From Anthoceros angustus (Eukaryota > Plantae > Anthocerotophyta): DNA of 64,000 bases. Both the position numbers and the translations under genes were made by a program. The notes under the pieces are model-generated. The model was not told where the DNA came from, did no database searches, and saw only the letters and a list, made by a program, of their open reading frames with translations. The DNA lies in the NCBI GenBank assembly GCA_010909165.1, contig VJWM01000250.1, positions 124,001 to 188,000 of the forward strand. Reading direction: 5' to 3'. Below, one piece after another: positions 50,178-61,859 of the stretch (within the stretch, counting starts at the first letter, position 1; every line of letters begins with the position of its first letter).

Positions 50178-50728
50178 TAATATTGTATAATCTAGTGGTG
50201 ATGTACACATCCGTCGATATATACAAGTAGGTACCAAGCAGAATTTATAATGTGACAAAGGAAGAAAAAGAAGATAGCGAATTATGACCTGTGAGGTGGA
50301 AGACCGGTGACAGCTTAATGGGCATGTTACTTTGATATTCGTGTCTCGTCACCATTATCAAATAGTTGGGAAGAGAGAGTGGAAAGAAGAGCCGGTACAT
50401 GAAAACATTAACTAATTGTAATTCTCCCAATGGGGTGTACAAAGATGGGGACCCAGAGAGAAGAGAGAGAGGGGTCCTTGTTACAAATCACTATGTTGCG
50501 AATTGCATTTTGGGAATTCATAAACAATGCGATGAGAGAGGGATGTAGTTAAAAGAGGGTGAAGTGAAGTAGGAGAGAGGGGTGGTGTCTGTGGTTGCAG
50601 CATGGTAGCCCACTTGGGAAAGAAATGACAAACTTAATACCAAGCTTCCAAATGATATTGAAGTTAGAAGTGTAACATAAAATTGCAAAATAACGATCCA
50701 GAATATAGGTCGCCTTTCTAGTATCGGG

Positions 50729-51469
50729 TCGCCGCATGCCGAAAGGGGTATGAAATTCTTCCAAGCGAGGGCCTCAGGACCTGCAAGGCGAATCTCCTGC
50801 AAGTCACTCGACTCAAGGTTTTTCCGTCGTCCTTCCCAAACCGGCCGCCACCGTAACGGTTTTATTCCACGGGTCCGTGTGGCCCAAGGTGAGGTCCGCT
50901 TGGCCTGTGAGAGAGAGAGAGGATCTATTTGTGGAGGTCCCCTGAGGGGGCGACGAGTGTGCCTGGGGCGGCTTGGGGAAAATTAATGATCGAAAGAGTG
51001 GAAGGAATGGAGATCACTGGGGAACCAAAGGCATGAGTGAGGCGCCATGTTCGAGAGTTGTGGGGCATAACCCTGTGAGAAGATCCGAAAAGTGCTATTC
51101 CCCGAAGAGAAGTAAGAGTACATGTAGGTGTGTGTATGTCCATAACCCCCAAAGGACCGCGCCTGTAGAAGCCGGGTGACAATGTCACCCGCGACACGAA
51201 AAGGCCATGGTGGGACCCGCCACAGTTGGTTGAGCCAACCACTACGGTGGTTGAGCCTCCCACTATGGTGGCCGAGTCTTCCACTGGTGGTGGGGCATGG
51301 TAATGGGTTAGTGGGCATGGGGAGGGGTAGTGCTATCGATTGTGGTAGGACTAGAGTCCATAGTTTTAGAACATCTTGACACAAAACCATTCCCTTGGGA
51401 TCGAATCCTAGGACTATAACGACATAGAGGGTAAATGTGGCCTCTTTCGGATGCAAAACCCATTCCACA
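50729..51469 (+). repeat. A1 5' LTR, part 3 (R/U5 end)
   Basis: Collinear with 61141-61854. It ends CCATTCCACA before the PBS. Confidence 0.88.
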
Positions 51470-51472
51470 TTT

Positions 51473-51492
51473 TGGCGCTGCCGGAATGAAAC
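51473..51492 (+). promoter_or_regulatory. PBS, tRNA-Asp-like
   Basis: TGGCGCTGCCGGAATGAAAC. Related sites at 23244 and 40907 resemble the complement of the plant tRNA-Asp 3' end (TGGCGCCGTTGCCGGGGATCGAAC) with deletions. Confidence 0.6.
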
Positions 51493-51559
51493 TGCTGTCA
51501 AGGTTATAGGAAAAGACTAACCATAGCTTAGGTGTCTAGTTTGGAGTGTATCTAGTTGG

Positions 51560-54500
51560 TAGATGGATGCCACGAGTTGAGTGAGGATTGAGTCAAGTCG
51601 GACGGAAGCCTCAAGCGCCAAGCACTGGAAAGGTTGAAAAGGGTTGCGAACCGGGAGTTGAGGAGGACCCAACCGAAGACGCCGCTGGAGGAGAAGAAGG
51701 GAAGGAATCAACCAGATCGGGGTCCGATCTTGTTGGAGCAAGATCCCCAACCTCACTTGGACGAGGTACCACGGCCAAGGAACCTCCACCAATTTTTCCA
51801 TCGACCTCTTCTAGTGTGCAGATCGGAGATCAATCATTAAAACCGTGGACCGAATCCAACCACGCCACGCCCACGATAGTCATCCACCACTGCGTGATGG
51901 TCACCACCAAGCAACCTACCCGCTGTATGGAGAGGGGGTATGAGGACCTGATGAATTTGTTGAGCGCTTTGAGCGACATTTGCAAAACCAGAAGGGAGAT
52001 GCAGCCAGATTCACTGCTCTATGGAGTTCTTCGGGGTCCAGAAAGTGGTATAGGCGCGAATACTCAAGTCACCACACCTCCCCACCTTTGAAGAGTTAAA
52101 ACCGCCTGTGAGAGGTTTAGGGGCTTGACGTGGAGGGATACGTGTTGTCCAAACTTGAAAAGTCAGAGAGGAAGGAAGGAAACCTTGCAAGCGATGTTGA
52201 GAGGTTTCCTGTACCACGCGATCAAGTGGCCCTCATTCGAGTGCAGTGCACACGGTGGTTCGCTAAAGGCCCGGGTTCTAAGATGGGGAGACACGAAGGG
52301 CGGAGAAGAATTTGGGCAAGGCTATCAAGGCGGCGCTTAAACTATGAGGAATCCAACCCGCAGGGAGGAGGAAAAGAAGGAGTGAGGAAGAAGCCTGTGA
52401 AAAAGAGAAGGGATTCCTCATCCTCCTCGGAAGAAAGTTCATCAGTGAAGAGAGCTCCTGAAGATTCCACAGAAAGTTCCTGAGGAGAAACGAGTGATGC
52501 CGGGAAGAGCGGATGAGGAGCGCGCCAAATGGAAAAGAAAAAATGAAGGGTCGCACGGACAACAAAGAGTCAAGGGCAAACAACAAGAAGCGATGTACGA
52601 AAAGGATGCGAGAAAGCAAGGAGGGAGGCCGAGGTGGCAGCAAGAAAGTGGAACAACAGGAAACAAGATGGAGGAGATGATGGCAAAATTCGAGAAATTC
52701 CATCTTAACGCCAGAAAGGAACACGAGAGAAGGAGAGTCGTCACGAATCCACGAGCTAACCTCTTCGCTCAACGCGGTGGACAGTGTGGTCACTCCAAGG
52801 CTAATCGCCTGACAACAAGAGTGCATCGGATATGAGGAGGAAGAGGAAGATACCCGTGGAGGATACATACCAAATTCGTGAAGTACAAACCGTGTACCAA
52901 GACTATGTATCCCTCCAACTTACGAAATTCCGCATAGGCCGTAATCACCGGCGGTAATAATCCAATGGCACCTGCTACAACTATCGCAACCTTGACACTA
53001 TGACATTGCCCTTATCCAACTCGCAAGGCAATGGAGATTTCGATAAACTGCGTCAAGATTGCAAGTGCAGGGCATTTGGCGAAGTGTACCGCCAAAACCC
53101 CAAACGGGGTTCAGCCGGCCCGAGCCAAGGTTCCGTGGCCCGCCATGCATGTAGAAGACGCTGATGGCTATATGGGAGGACGCCAAGATTAAGACCCTAA
53201 GGAGCTTAGAGGGTTTAGATGCCACGATAGTGATTATTATGGGGAGGCATCGCCATGGTCGCTGTAACGGGAGCTCAAAGCTAAGGAAGAGGCGTGGGGA
53301 AGAAGAAGAAGGAAGGAGGTGATACGACTACGTGGTCGGATGAGGGGAGCGTCTCGCCGCCAAGCGAGGGAAATGTCAAAATTTGCGTAACCAAGCTCAG
53401 AGGTGGAACGGACCTGCGCATCCGTACTGACGAACCAACCAATGGGTGAAGGTACTTGTGAGATACAGAGTGTTCCAGTGGGCGAGGGTGGAAATTCAAA
53501 TGAAAAGGAATCGCGAATGGACATAATTGAAGACTTTACAAGCTCCGCAGAAGGCCGAAAGGTGGAAAATGGGTTAGGGTTTCCACCGGACGTGCGGGGG
53601 GAGGTTATGGATATGATCCAGGAGGAGCTGGGCAAGAAGGCCACGGTAGTGGAGTCGGAGATGCCGGTTTCCAATGCCGCCCCACCCGAGTCCGCCACCC
53701 CACCCGAGAAGCCACCGCACTGAAGCCAAACGGGGTCTACAACCAACGAAACTCGGGGGAGAGGCTTCCTTTAACTTAGCTGAGGCCATCATGGATCAGC
53801 ATTTTATGATCACATTCGACAACTCCTTCGAGACAACCCACTGTGATAGGCAAGCAGATCGAGGGCATTGAAGGAAGCCCAAGAAAAAGGCGATGCCTTC
53901 CAAACCAGTCCAAGGCCACTTGTGTCAATCTAGTATCCATGGTTGACCAAGGACCAACTCGAGTAGAGATCGGTGGGATGCTCATAAAAGGGTACCTCGA
54001 TACGGGTCGTGTGTGAATATCATGACGAGGAAACGCCGTAAAATTGGGGTTGGAAATCGAGCATACAGCAAGGTTTTGCGGTTGGCGATATGTCCGTAAT
54101 GGTGCCGAGGGGAGAACGACAAAGTGTTAAAATCATTGGAACCATCCCTATCTAATGGATTATGTAGTCATCCAAGCACAAGTCGGGTATAGTGTTTTAA
54201 TTGGTCGAACTTGGATGTATGGATCTCATAAACAAGAAGAAAGGAAGTCGGATTCAAACCTCGGAATGGGATCCTAAGACCAAGGAAGGTAGGATTTGCC
54301 TAACTCGAGTAAGGACATGTACGCCGGTGAGACCCCAACGAAACGGAAGGATACACCTCCGCTAAGACACGCGGGGAAAACAAGAAGACAAATTTTCGCA
54401 CACATCTCATGGTCTCGAACAGATTATCGCAGATATTCCGCACGCGATCAACTGTACGCATGGGTAACCATGGATCAGACCGGATTTCAAGAGAAGGAGG

Positions 54501-57500
54501 GCGTGAACAACCGGAGGAGGATGCAGAGTGCTTCACCCCTAAGGATCCGCGAGAGAGTGGGGCATGCGAGAAGAGGAACCGAGGGAGCCAAGAGGGTTTG
54601 AATCCGCACTGGAGCGTGAATGGGTACAGTGATGAGGTTAAGGATGTTGATGCTCTGTGAAAGTACTCAAATTCTCAACAATGGATGAAGTGTTGAAGAG
54701 GTATAAACAACCGCTGCACAATTCATTGATGTCGCCTTCTAGGTGACTAACCGATATGAAGGGTATACCCAAGGAGTGGGGGAGCATAGGATTGACTGAA
54801 CCCGGAGCAATCCCAAAAGGGATTCCGCAGATGTTAAATCCAAGTACTCATTGAAGGTAAAGGATCGCTTGAGTCAGATCTCAAGGCGGATGTAATCTAT
54901 CCTATAGTCAATACCGAATGGGTGGCTCCATTGTGGTGGTCCCAAGAGACCAGAAAGATGGTTTGCCAAGATCGGTTGAATAAGGTCACCAAGAAGGATC
55001 ATTTCCATTGCCCTTCATCGATAATATCCTAGATCCGTCGCAGTGGATGGCGTATTCATTCTTAGATGGGTATTCATTATAACCAAATTTTGATCTCCGG
55101 AAAGTGATCACCGCTTACAACGGACTGGGGACATATGCCTACGCGCATTTGGACCGAGCGCTCGGGTCTTTCATGCGAACCATTGTCAAGATCTTCAAGA
55201 CTTCTAGGGACTTTATGGAAGTTTTCGACGACTTTCGGAGCCGAAGGACCATCCATGCACCTTCAAAGTGTCTCGAACGGCGTCGAGCCACGCAATTATG
55301 TTTGCATCCAAAAGTGCTATTTGGCATGTCGAAGGAACCGCTGGGACATCAATTTCGAGTATAGAGTTGATCCCTAAGGTCAAGGTCATAGCCACTCTAG
55401 CACCTTCAACGCTAAAGGAACTGTGGGTTCGGGATGGTATTACAGACGCATTCCAAATTTTGCAAAGCCCCACTAACGAGCTTGTTGAGGAAGGAATGAA
55501 GCAACCGCTATGTAATTCATCGATGTTTTCGCCTCGAGACATATGGGATTCCCAAAGAATGGGGCAGCATAGATTGACTCGAACCAGAGCAATCCCAAGA
55601 AGGATTCCACAAGACAAGTTAAACCCAAGTACTCCTCAAGGTAAAGGATCGCTTGAGATGTACCTCAAGGCGTGATCTATCCTATAGTCAATACCGAATG
55701 GGTGGCTCCAATAGTGGTAGTACCTAAGAGGCGCCAGCAAAATCCGAGTTTGTCGATCGAGAAGGTTGAATAAAGTCACCAAGAAGGATCACTTTCCGCT
55801 ACCCTTCATCGATAATATCCTCGATCCGTCGCAGTGTAATGGCGATTCATTCCTAGACGGTATAATCACCGCACCTTAGGGAGAGCGATTGGCCTCGACC
55901 GCTTTTACAACCGATCGGGGACATATGCTTACAAGCGCAGCGACGGGTTGACGGAGCACCGGTCCTTCATGCGAGCCATCAAAATTTCAAGGACTTCCTC
56001 CGCGACTTTATGGAAGTTTTCCGACGACTCCAGATTCGGTCAAGGACCATCCGCACCTCCGGCCTCGAGCCGCCGAGCCACGCAATTATGCTCGCATCCG
56101 CAAAAGTGCTACTGCATGTCGAAGGAATTCGCTAGCATCAATTTCAAGCCGAGGTATAGAAGTAGATCCGGACAAGGTAAAGGTCATCGCCACCCTTAGA
56201 GCACCAATAACGCTAAAGGAACTCCGCGGTTCCCGGGAATGGTCGGTATTATAGACGCTTGCTCCAAATTTCGCCAAGCGGGCTGCCCCACTAACGAGCT
56301 TGTTAAGGAAGGATCGAGGGAATGGACGAACGAACGGAGAACGCATTCCGTGGATCACGAGACGACACTACAGCTACCACGCTTAAGAGGCCTGATCGAG
56401 TAAGAAATTCCATGTTTTCTGATGTTCAAGATTTGCCATCGGAACAATCCTTAGCCGAGATGAGAAGAAGAAGGATTTTCCCCATCTACTATGCCGCACA
56501 ACCAACGGAGCGAAAGTATACCACCACGGAGCGAATCGGGAATGATTTATTCTCGTGAAAATTCGACACTACCTCTCATATGAGTTTGTGTTCCATGTTG
56601 ATCACTTTTTGAAACACCTTGTGAATAAACTTGACCTTCTCGGGATGATAGCTCCGGATCCGCCCAGTGAGTTTACCTTCATGGTGGAGACGAGAGAAGG
56701 CAGAAACGTCACTTCATATCCCGCTTAAAACAGGAACGTGGAACCAAAACCAGAAGATGATTTTCCGATGAGACATTGTTGAGGATGAGAGCGAAGACCC
56801 AATTCGAAGGAAAGGGGAGGGAGATGGCCTCGAATGAGAAGGGAGGAGAGGTTCACAAGACCAACATATCGAGATCTTATGATTATCCGGCACGGGCCAA
56901 ATCCTCACCATCTTCCAAGGCACAAACAAAGCTCGCTCACTATTCAAGACCACTTCGGCACAACACGAACTTATACGCATGGGTCCCGGATGGCGGGGAG
57001 CGTTATGCGCACAAAGTGTGAAAGTAATCGAGCTCATTACACGAAGAGGAGGCTGGAGGCCATTATGCCGCGCATGTCACTTGCAGAAAAATTCGAGGCC
57101 GGCTATTGGTGGCCTACCATGTACAAGGACGTCCAAGAGTTCAGAAAGCGACGCTGTCGGCTGGGAAGCCAACCGCCACAACACAATGGCCACTTGTCCC
57201 CATACTTGCCGTAGCGCCATTTGAGAAATGGGGATCGATTTTCGGGCCCATCCACCAAAACAAGACCCGCCAAAACCAAGACATTCCGTGGCCACAGACA
57301 TCAGACGAATGGTGGAGGCGCAGCGCCGCCACGGGATTCGCAACGTGGCTGTGTTCTTGTTGAGCAAATCATCACTAGATATGGCTGCCCATTGAGCTGG
57401 TCACGATAGAGAGGTACGTCAATCGTGTAATCTCTAATATGACCAATCATTTCAACGCCATCATGTGAAGACTACTCCCTACAACCCAAAGGCCAATGGG

Positions 57501-58010
57501 TTGACAAAAGGCAAAGGCTGTTGTGCAAGATCCCGACCAAAACCTCAGCTAGTTGCGCGATATGATCGATATGAAATCGCATTCAAGATCTGCATCGACT
57601 GGAAAAGTGACGCACCCAGCAGACTCGTATACCTAACATATGGACATTCGCCAATCATGCCAATAGAGTTCAAGTACCCACCCCGAGAGTGTGAAACCAA
57701 GTCGAATGCCGGAGGAAAGCGCTTGGAGAGGTTGGTCATTGTAAGACACACGAGGATGTAGCAAGCACTAAGTTATGCAGGATGTTCAGCAAAGGAGGAA
57801 AGAATGGCACGATAAGCGACTGAAGCGCCAAGAGTATGTTGTTCCTGGAGACCTGGCTTTATTGTATGATAACCGATACATGCATTTTCCAGGTAAATTA
57901 CATCTCAGGTGGATGGGACCCTACAAAGTCTTGGAGGTTTTCGACAATGGATCTATCCAGCTGCAGCAATTGAGTGGATCGCCCCTGCCAACTAGAGTCA
58001 ACGGCTAGTT
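51560..58010 (+). pseudogene. gag-pol: gag-pol of element A1, with two tandem RT segments
   Basis: gag (ERGYEDL...), DTG..VNIM (~53998), RT starts at ~54850 and again at ~55640, RH, INT (FEKWG, TPYNPKANGL, MPIEFK, KLHLRWMGPYKV). Confidence 0.92.
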
Positions 58011-58040
58011 AAAAGTATTAAGGTTAGGACGCCAACAAAT

Positions 58041-58051
58041 GAGAAGGGGAG
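58041..58051 (+). promoter_or_regulatory. Polypurine tract of A1
   Basis: GAGAAGGGGAG followed by TA and the LTR start; equivalent to the A2 and C PPTs. Confidence 0.88.
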
Positions 58052-58053
58052 TA

Positions 58054-61000
58054 TGTGAAGACACATGTATCCTAACCCTTCTCTCAAACTGTGGGATGAA
58101 TGATTTTTTGTTTTGGTGTTGTATAGCAATGCTTTGAGAATCCCGTAAGGCCTTTTATAATGGAAAGGTCCTTGGCCCATGGTGATAATAATATTTTCTT
58201 GTCCTTGACCTGTTAGGAAGGTTAGATAGAGTCCTTGGGTTTTGGTAATTTTAGAAATAAGAAGGTGTCTATATATGCTAGGATGCCTACATTTTGCCAC
58301 AGCCATGCACAAGTGGGAGGTGGCTAGTTCCACCACGGTGGCCAGACGGCGCATGCACTGTGGGGAGTTCACAACCCTAGTGGCGAGCGGCCGCCACGGA
58401 GCGCAATCGAAGAAGAACACACCGACATCGCGAGGTCGCGAATTTCCGTGAGCGAGCGCTGGCGAGCGCAAAGAGCCGGGCGACGATGCAATCGCTCGCG
58501 CCAAATCACCGCTACTGCGGCAGTGGCGGGCGCACGCCGATGTGCGAGCGGCGATCGAGGAGGGAAACCACGCGGGCGAGCGAGGAAGAGGCGCAGGCAA
58601 GAGGACGTGAGGAGCGGGGGAGCGAGGGTGGTGCTTTTCCTCTCTCGACCAGCCCGCAGGAGAGCCGGGTTTTTGAAGACAAGGAGAAGGGAGATGGCGC
58701 CGAGCGCGTAAATTACATACAAAGGGCCCAACATGGACCAATCGGAAGGTTAGAGCGGTGATCTTGTGTGAACCGGGCCTAGATTTCATGGAGAAGAAAT
58801 GGTCACGATACCAAAGATTGGTGCAAGAGTGCCCGCCAACCGAGAACCAAAACGCAAGAGGGGCGACGCGAGGAAGAGGCCGCAAAATTGGGATTTGGGG
58901 CTCTTCCGAGCCGCAAGGGGCGAGAAGAATCAAGATGGGAGCTCGTGATTGAACCGCAGAGGAAGAAAACTCGAAAGCCGCAGAGCGGCCATGAAGCCTG
59001 GGAAGTGAGAGTTAACAATGGATGGATCACGCAATGGTCCGCACCGTGGGTTGGCCAAGTGGATTTTGTGTTTCTCGTAATCGAAAGTTAGATCACATGG
59101 CGACTACGGTCTTCCTTCATGAAGTGGTGGGCACGCAGATCGATTGGGGAAGGATGATTTTTGAAAGAGCTTGTGAAGAGAAGGCGACTTGTCCCCTCCT
59201 CGGCCTTCCTTGATTTCACCTTTTGATTCATGTGTTTGAGCATTCGGATGCCTAACGAGTTGGAAGCCGTGGTCCGCCTTCTTCATAGCCGGAAACCGGC
59301 CGAGAACTCAAGGTGGAGGAGGAGAGTATAAGGAGGATCTGTGGAAGGATTCCAGTAGCTTGGGAATGCCTCACCAGAAGATCTGGATGAGGGTGGGAGG
59401 TTTCAAGGGCAAGAGGAAGAGGGTAGCGACGATCGAACTGGGTCGGCCAAAAGGGAAAACAAGAGAGGAGGAACCCACACAACACCTAGGGTCACGAGGT
59501 CAAATCAGCAGGGACGTGAAGGAGGAGAAAGGAACGGCAGTTGTCCCCTTCGTGGGATGAGTCACGCTAGGGAGGTTGAACGGATAAAGGGTAGTTGCAT
59601 CAACCCCAGGAGAGGAAGGGTAATTTTGGCACCGAGCTCAAGGACATTTTTGGCGATCTCATTAACCCCACCAAGTGGAGATAAGTGACCGCAGGCGGAA
59701 TTGTTGTGGAAGGAATGGGCACGGAAGCCCAATTTGGGAATTTCCAGGTCGACCTCGCCATGGCTCGACGCGATCTTCTCGATCAGCAGCCATGGCTCAC
59801 TTGGCCGAGTGTGCAGGCAACAAGAGAAGTTGCTCAAGGAGAAGTTGGAGGGCCTGGAGGGTGAGAACAAGGTGGCAGAGGGGTCGCAGACGGAGTGCGA
59901 GGAGGCATTGTGCAAGGCATGTGAACAACAAGGCCATGACCACCCAACAGGAGGCCCTAGTAAATCAAGTAAAGGAGCGACGCCACGATTGAGGAGCTCC
60001 AATGAGGTCTCATGAGTCCAAGAGTGTGGAGACGATGGCGCCTGAGAAATTCAAGAAACCGGAGAGATATAAGCGAGAGAGATGAAGCTAGGGCCGAGTC
60101 AAGAGAGAGGCAAAACCAAGAAGGGCAGAGCAACCACCGCAGAGTCAAGCAACCACCGTGGGGAAGCAACCACCACGGTGGCTAAACCGCCACCGCCGCT
60201 GGAGGAGGAACCGAGGTGGGGAAGCACCATGAGCGCCGCAGTGGGATACGACTCCTCGGATTCCTAAGGCGCCTTCGGATTGTCCACGGGAGGAGAGGGT
60301 AAGGACCTCAGAGCGTAAGCGACAGTCGCAAGGCCGGATGAGGATGCTCATGTCCTCGGCTTCGCCGCATGGTGAGCGGTGCTCACCTAAATGTGTATGT
60401 GGTTGTTGGGGGAGGGGCGTAAACCATCGTGCACACATCTTGACGCCACGGCGCGCTGGTTCTTTCGAACGGGAGCTGGGGCCTACCCCCCCCAAGTGGT
60501 GATCGAGGAGATGAGCGGCGGAGGCCAGAGCGTGGAGGGAGGAGCACACGGTGTGGCTGTCCAGCGACGAGGAGTGGAACAACAGGCATAGGGCCTATAG
60601 ACGCACGACGCCCACGGAAAGACGCGAAGAAACCGCAGGCAGCGACAGTGAGGTGGAGGTTTTGGGGGAGAATCGCTCGGATCAGAGGCGTGGCAGGAGA
60701 GCGAGAGCGAGGGGAACCCCCATCGGCCGCAGGGCTAGGCAGCAACCGCGGACGCGGCCGCGCTGATTTTAGAGGAGCGCGACATCACAGGCCAGGGGTT
60801 TCTTTTCGGGTTAGGGGATAGGATGTTTTGAGGGTCTGCGGAGCTGTAGTTACCGGAATTGGTAGGAGCGCCCGTGGTAGTGGGCCATATTTTCTAGACA
60901 CTGGAGAGGAGTGAGCTGTGGAGATCCGCAGCTGGATGTATAAGAGACCTTTGTGTCTCTTAATGCATAATTTCCCTGTGTGAGCTTCCGTGTGTTGAAC

Positions 61001-61854
61001 CTACGCGAGGTTGGTTAGAGACGCCTGATCAACATCAACCTGCCGATGCACCGCCTTCTCACAAGAAGACCGGAAGATCCTCGGGTGGTCGAGAGCGGAG
61101 TGGCCAAGCTCCACGTGGGAGTGGTGAGCGTGAGAGGTAATCGCGCATGCCGGGAGGGGGGGGAATTTCCGCGAGGGTCGGGGTGAGATCGCCGAAGGCG
61201 AATCGCCCAAGTACACAAGAGTTTTCGCCCTTCCTTCCCAAACCGCCACCGTAACGTGTTTTATTCCATGAGGTCCAGGTGGGCCCAAGGTGAGGTCCGT
61301 GTGGCCCGTGAGAGAGAGAGGATTTATTTGTGGAGGTCCGGGAGGCGGATGAGTGTGCAGAGGGGATTGCGATGCGCTTGGGGAAAACGGAATGATCGAA
61401 AGAGTGAAGTGAATGGTGAGATCACGGGGAACCAGGGCGGAGTGAGGCCACGGCGCTCGAGGTCGGGGCATAACCCTGAGAAGATCCGATGTATTCCCGG
61501 AAGAGAAGTAAGAGTACATGTAGGTGTGTGCATGACCATAACTCCCCAAGGACTGAGAAGCCGGGTGATGACATAATCTCCCGCGACACGAGAGTGGCGC
61601 TGGTGGGGCCCGCCATGTGGTTGAATCGCCCACTACGGTGGTTGAACCTCCCACTGGTGGCCGAGTCTTCCACGGTGGTGGGCATGGTAGCTGTTACGGG
61701 GGGTGAGGGGTAGTGATTGTGGTAGGACTAGAGTCCATAGTTTTAGAACATCTTGACACAAAACCATTCCCTTGGGATCGAATCCTAGGACTATAACGAC
61801 ATAGAGGGTAAATGTGGCCTCTTTGCGTCTTCGGATGCAAAAACCCATTCCACA
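58054..61854 (+). repeat. A1 3' LTR (3.8 kb, uninterrupted)
   Basis: TGTGAAGACAC...CCATTCCACA, followed by TSD CTCCC. Confidence 0.92.
58305..60766 (+). pseudogene. LTR-embedded accessory ORF (A1 3' LTR; ~820 codons with frameshifts)
   Basis: MHKWEVASSTTVA..., HEAWEVRVNNGW, FLHEVVGTQIDWGRMIFERACEEK, RQQEKLLKEKLEGLEGENK, PDEDAHV, ...RARQQPRTRPR*. Confidence 0.75.
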
Positions 61855-61859
61855 CTCCC

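Larger units (their letters stand above)
17003..61854 (+). mobile_element. Ty3/gypsy element A1 (non-chromovirus, Athila/Tat-related type) with nested insertions in its 5' LTR
   Basis: TSD CTCCC (16998-17002 / 61855-61859), TG...CA termini, PBS at 51473, PPT at 58041-58051, and order gag-PR-RT-RH-INT. The lineage call rests on the RT motif KKDHFPLPFID, the tRNA-Asp-like PBS and no visible chromodomain. Confidence 0.88.

Noticed and set aside
26019-50728. Helitron explanation for the TSD-less block (A|T target, CTAG at 50718-50721)
   Set aside because: There is no 5' TC start, no convincing subterminal hairpin before the CTAG, 7 unexplained bases after it, and no Rep/helicase remnants. It is not excluded but is unsupported.
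57760-58040. Chromodomain at the integrase C-terminus
   Set aside because: Only the KLHLRWMGPYKV (GPY/F-type) motif is present before the stop and PPT; no chromodomain residues are seen.
58305-60766. Calling the LTR-embedded ORF an env gene
   Set aside because: No signal peptide or transmembrane segment is evident, the protein is hydrophilic with a coiled coil, and its position is inside the LTR.
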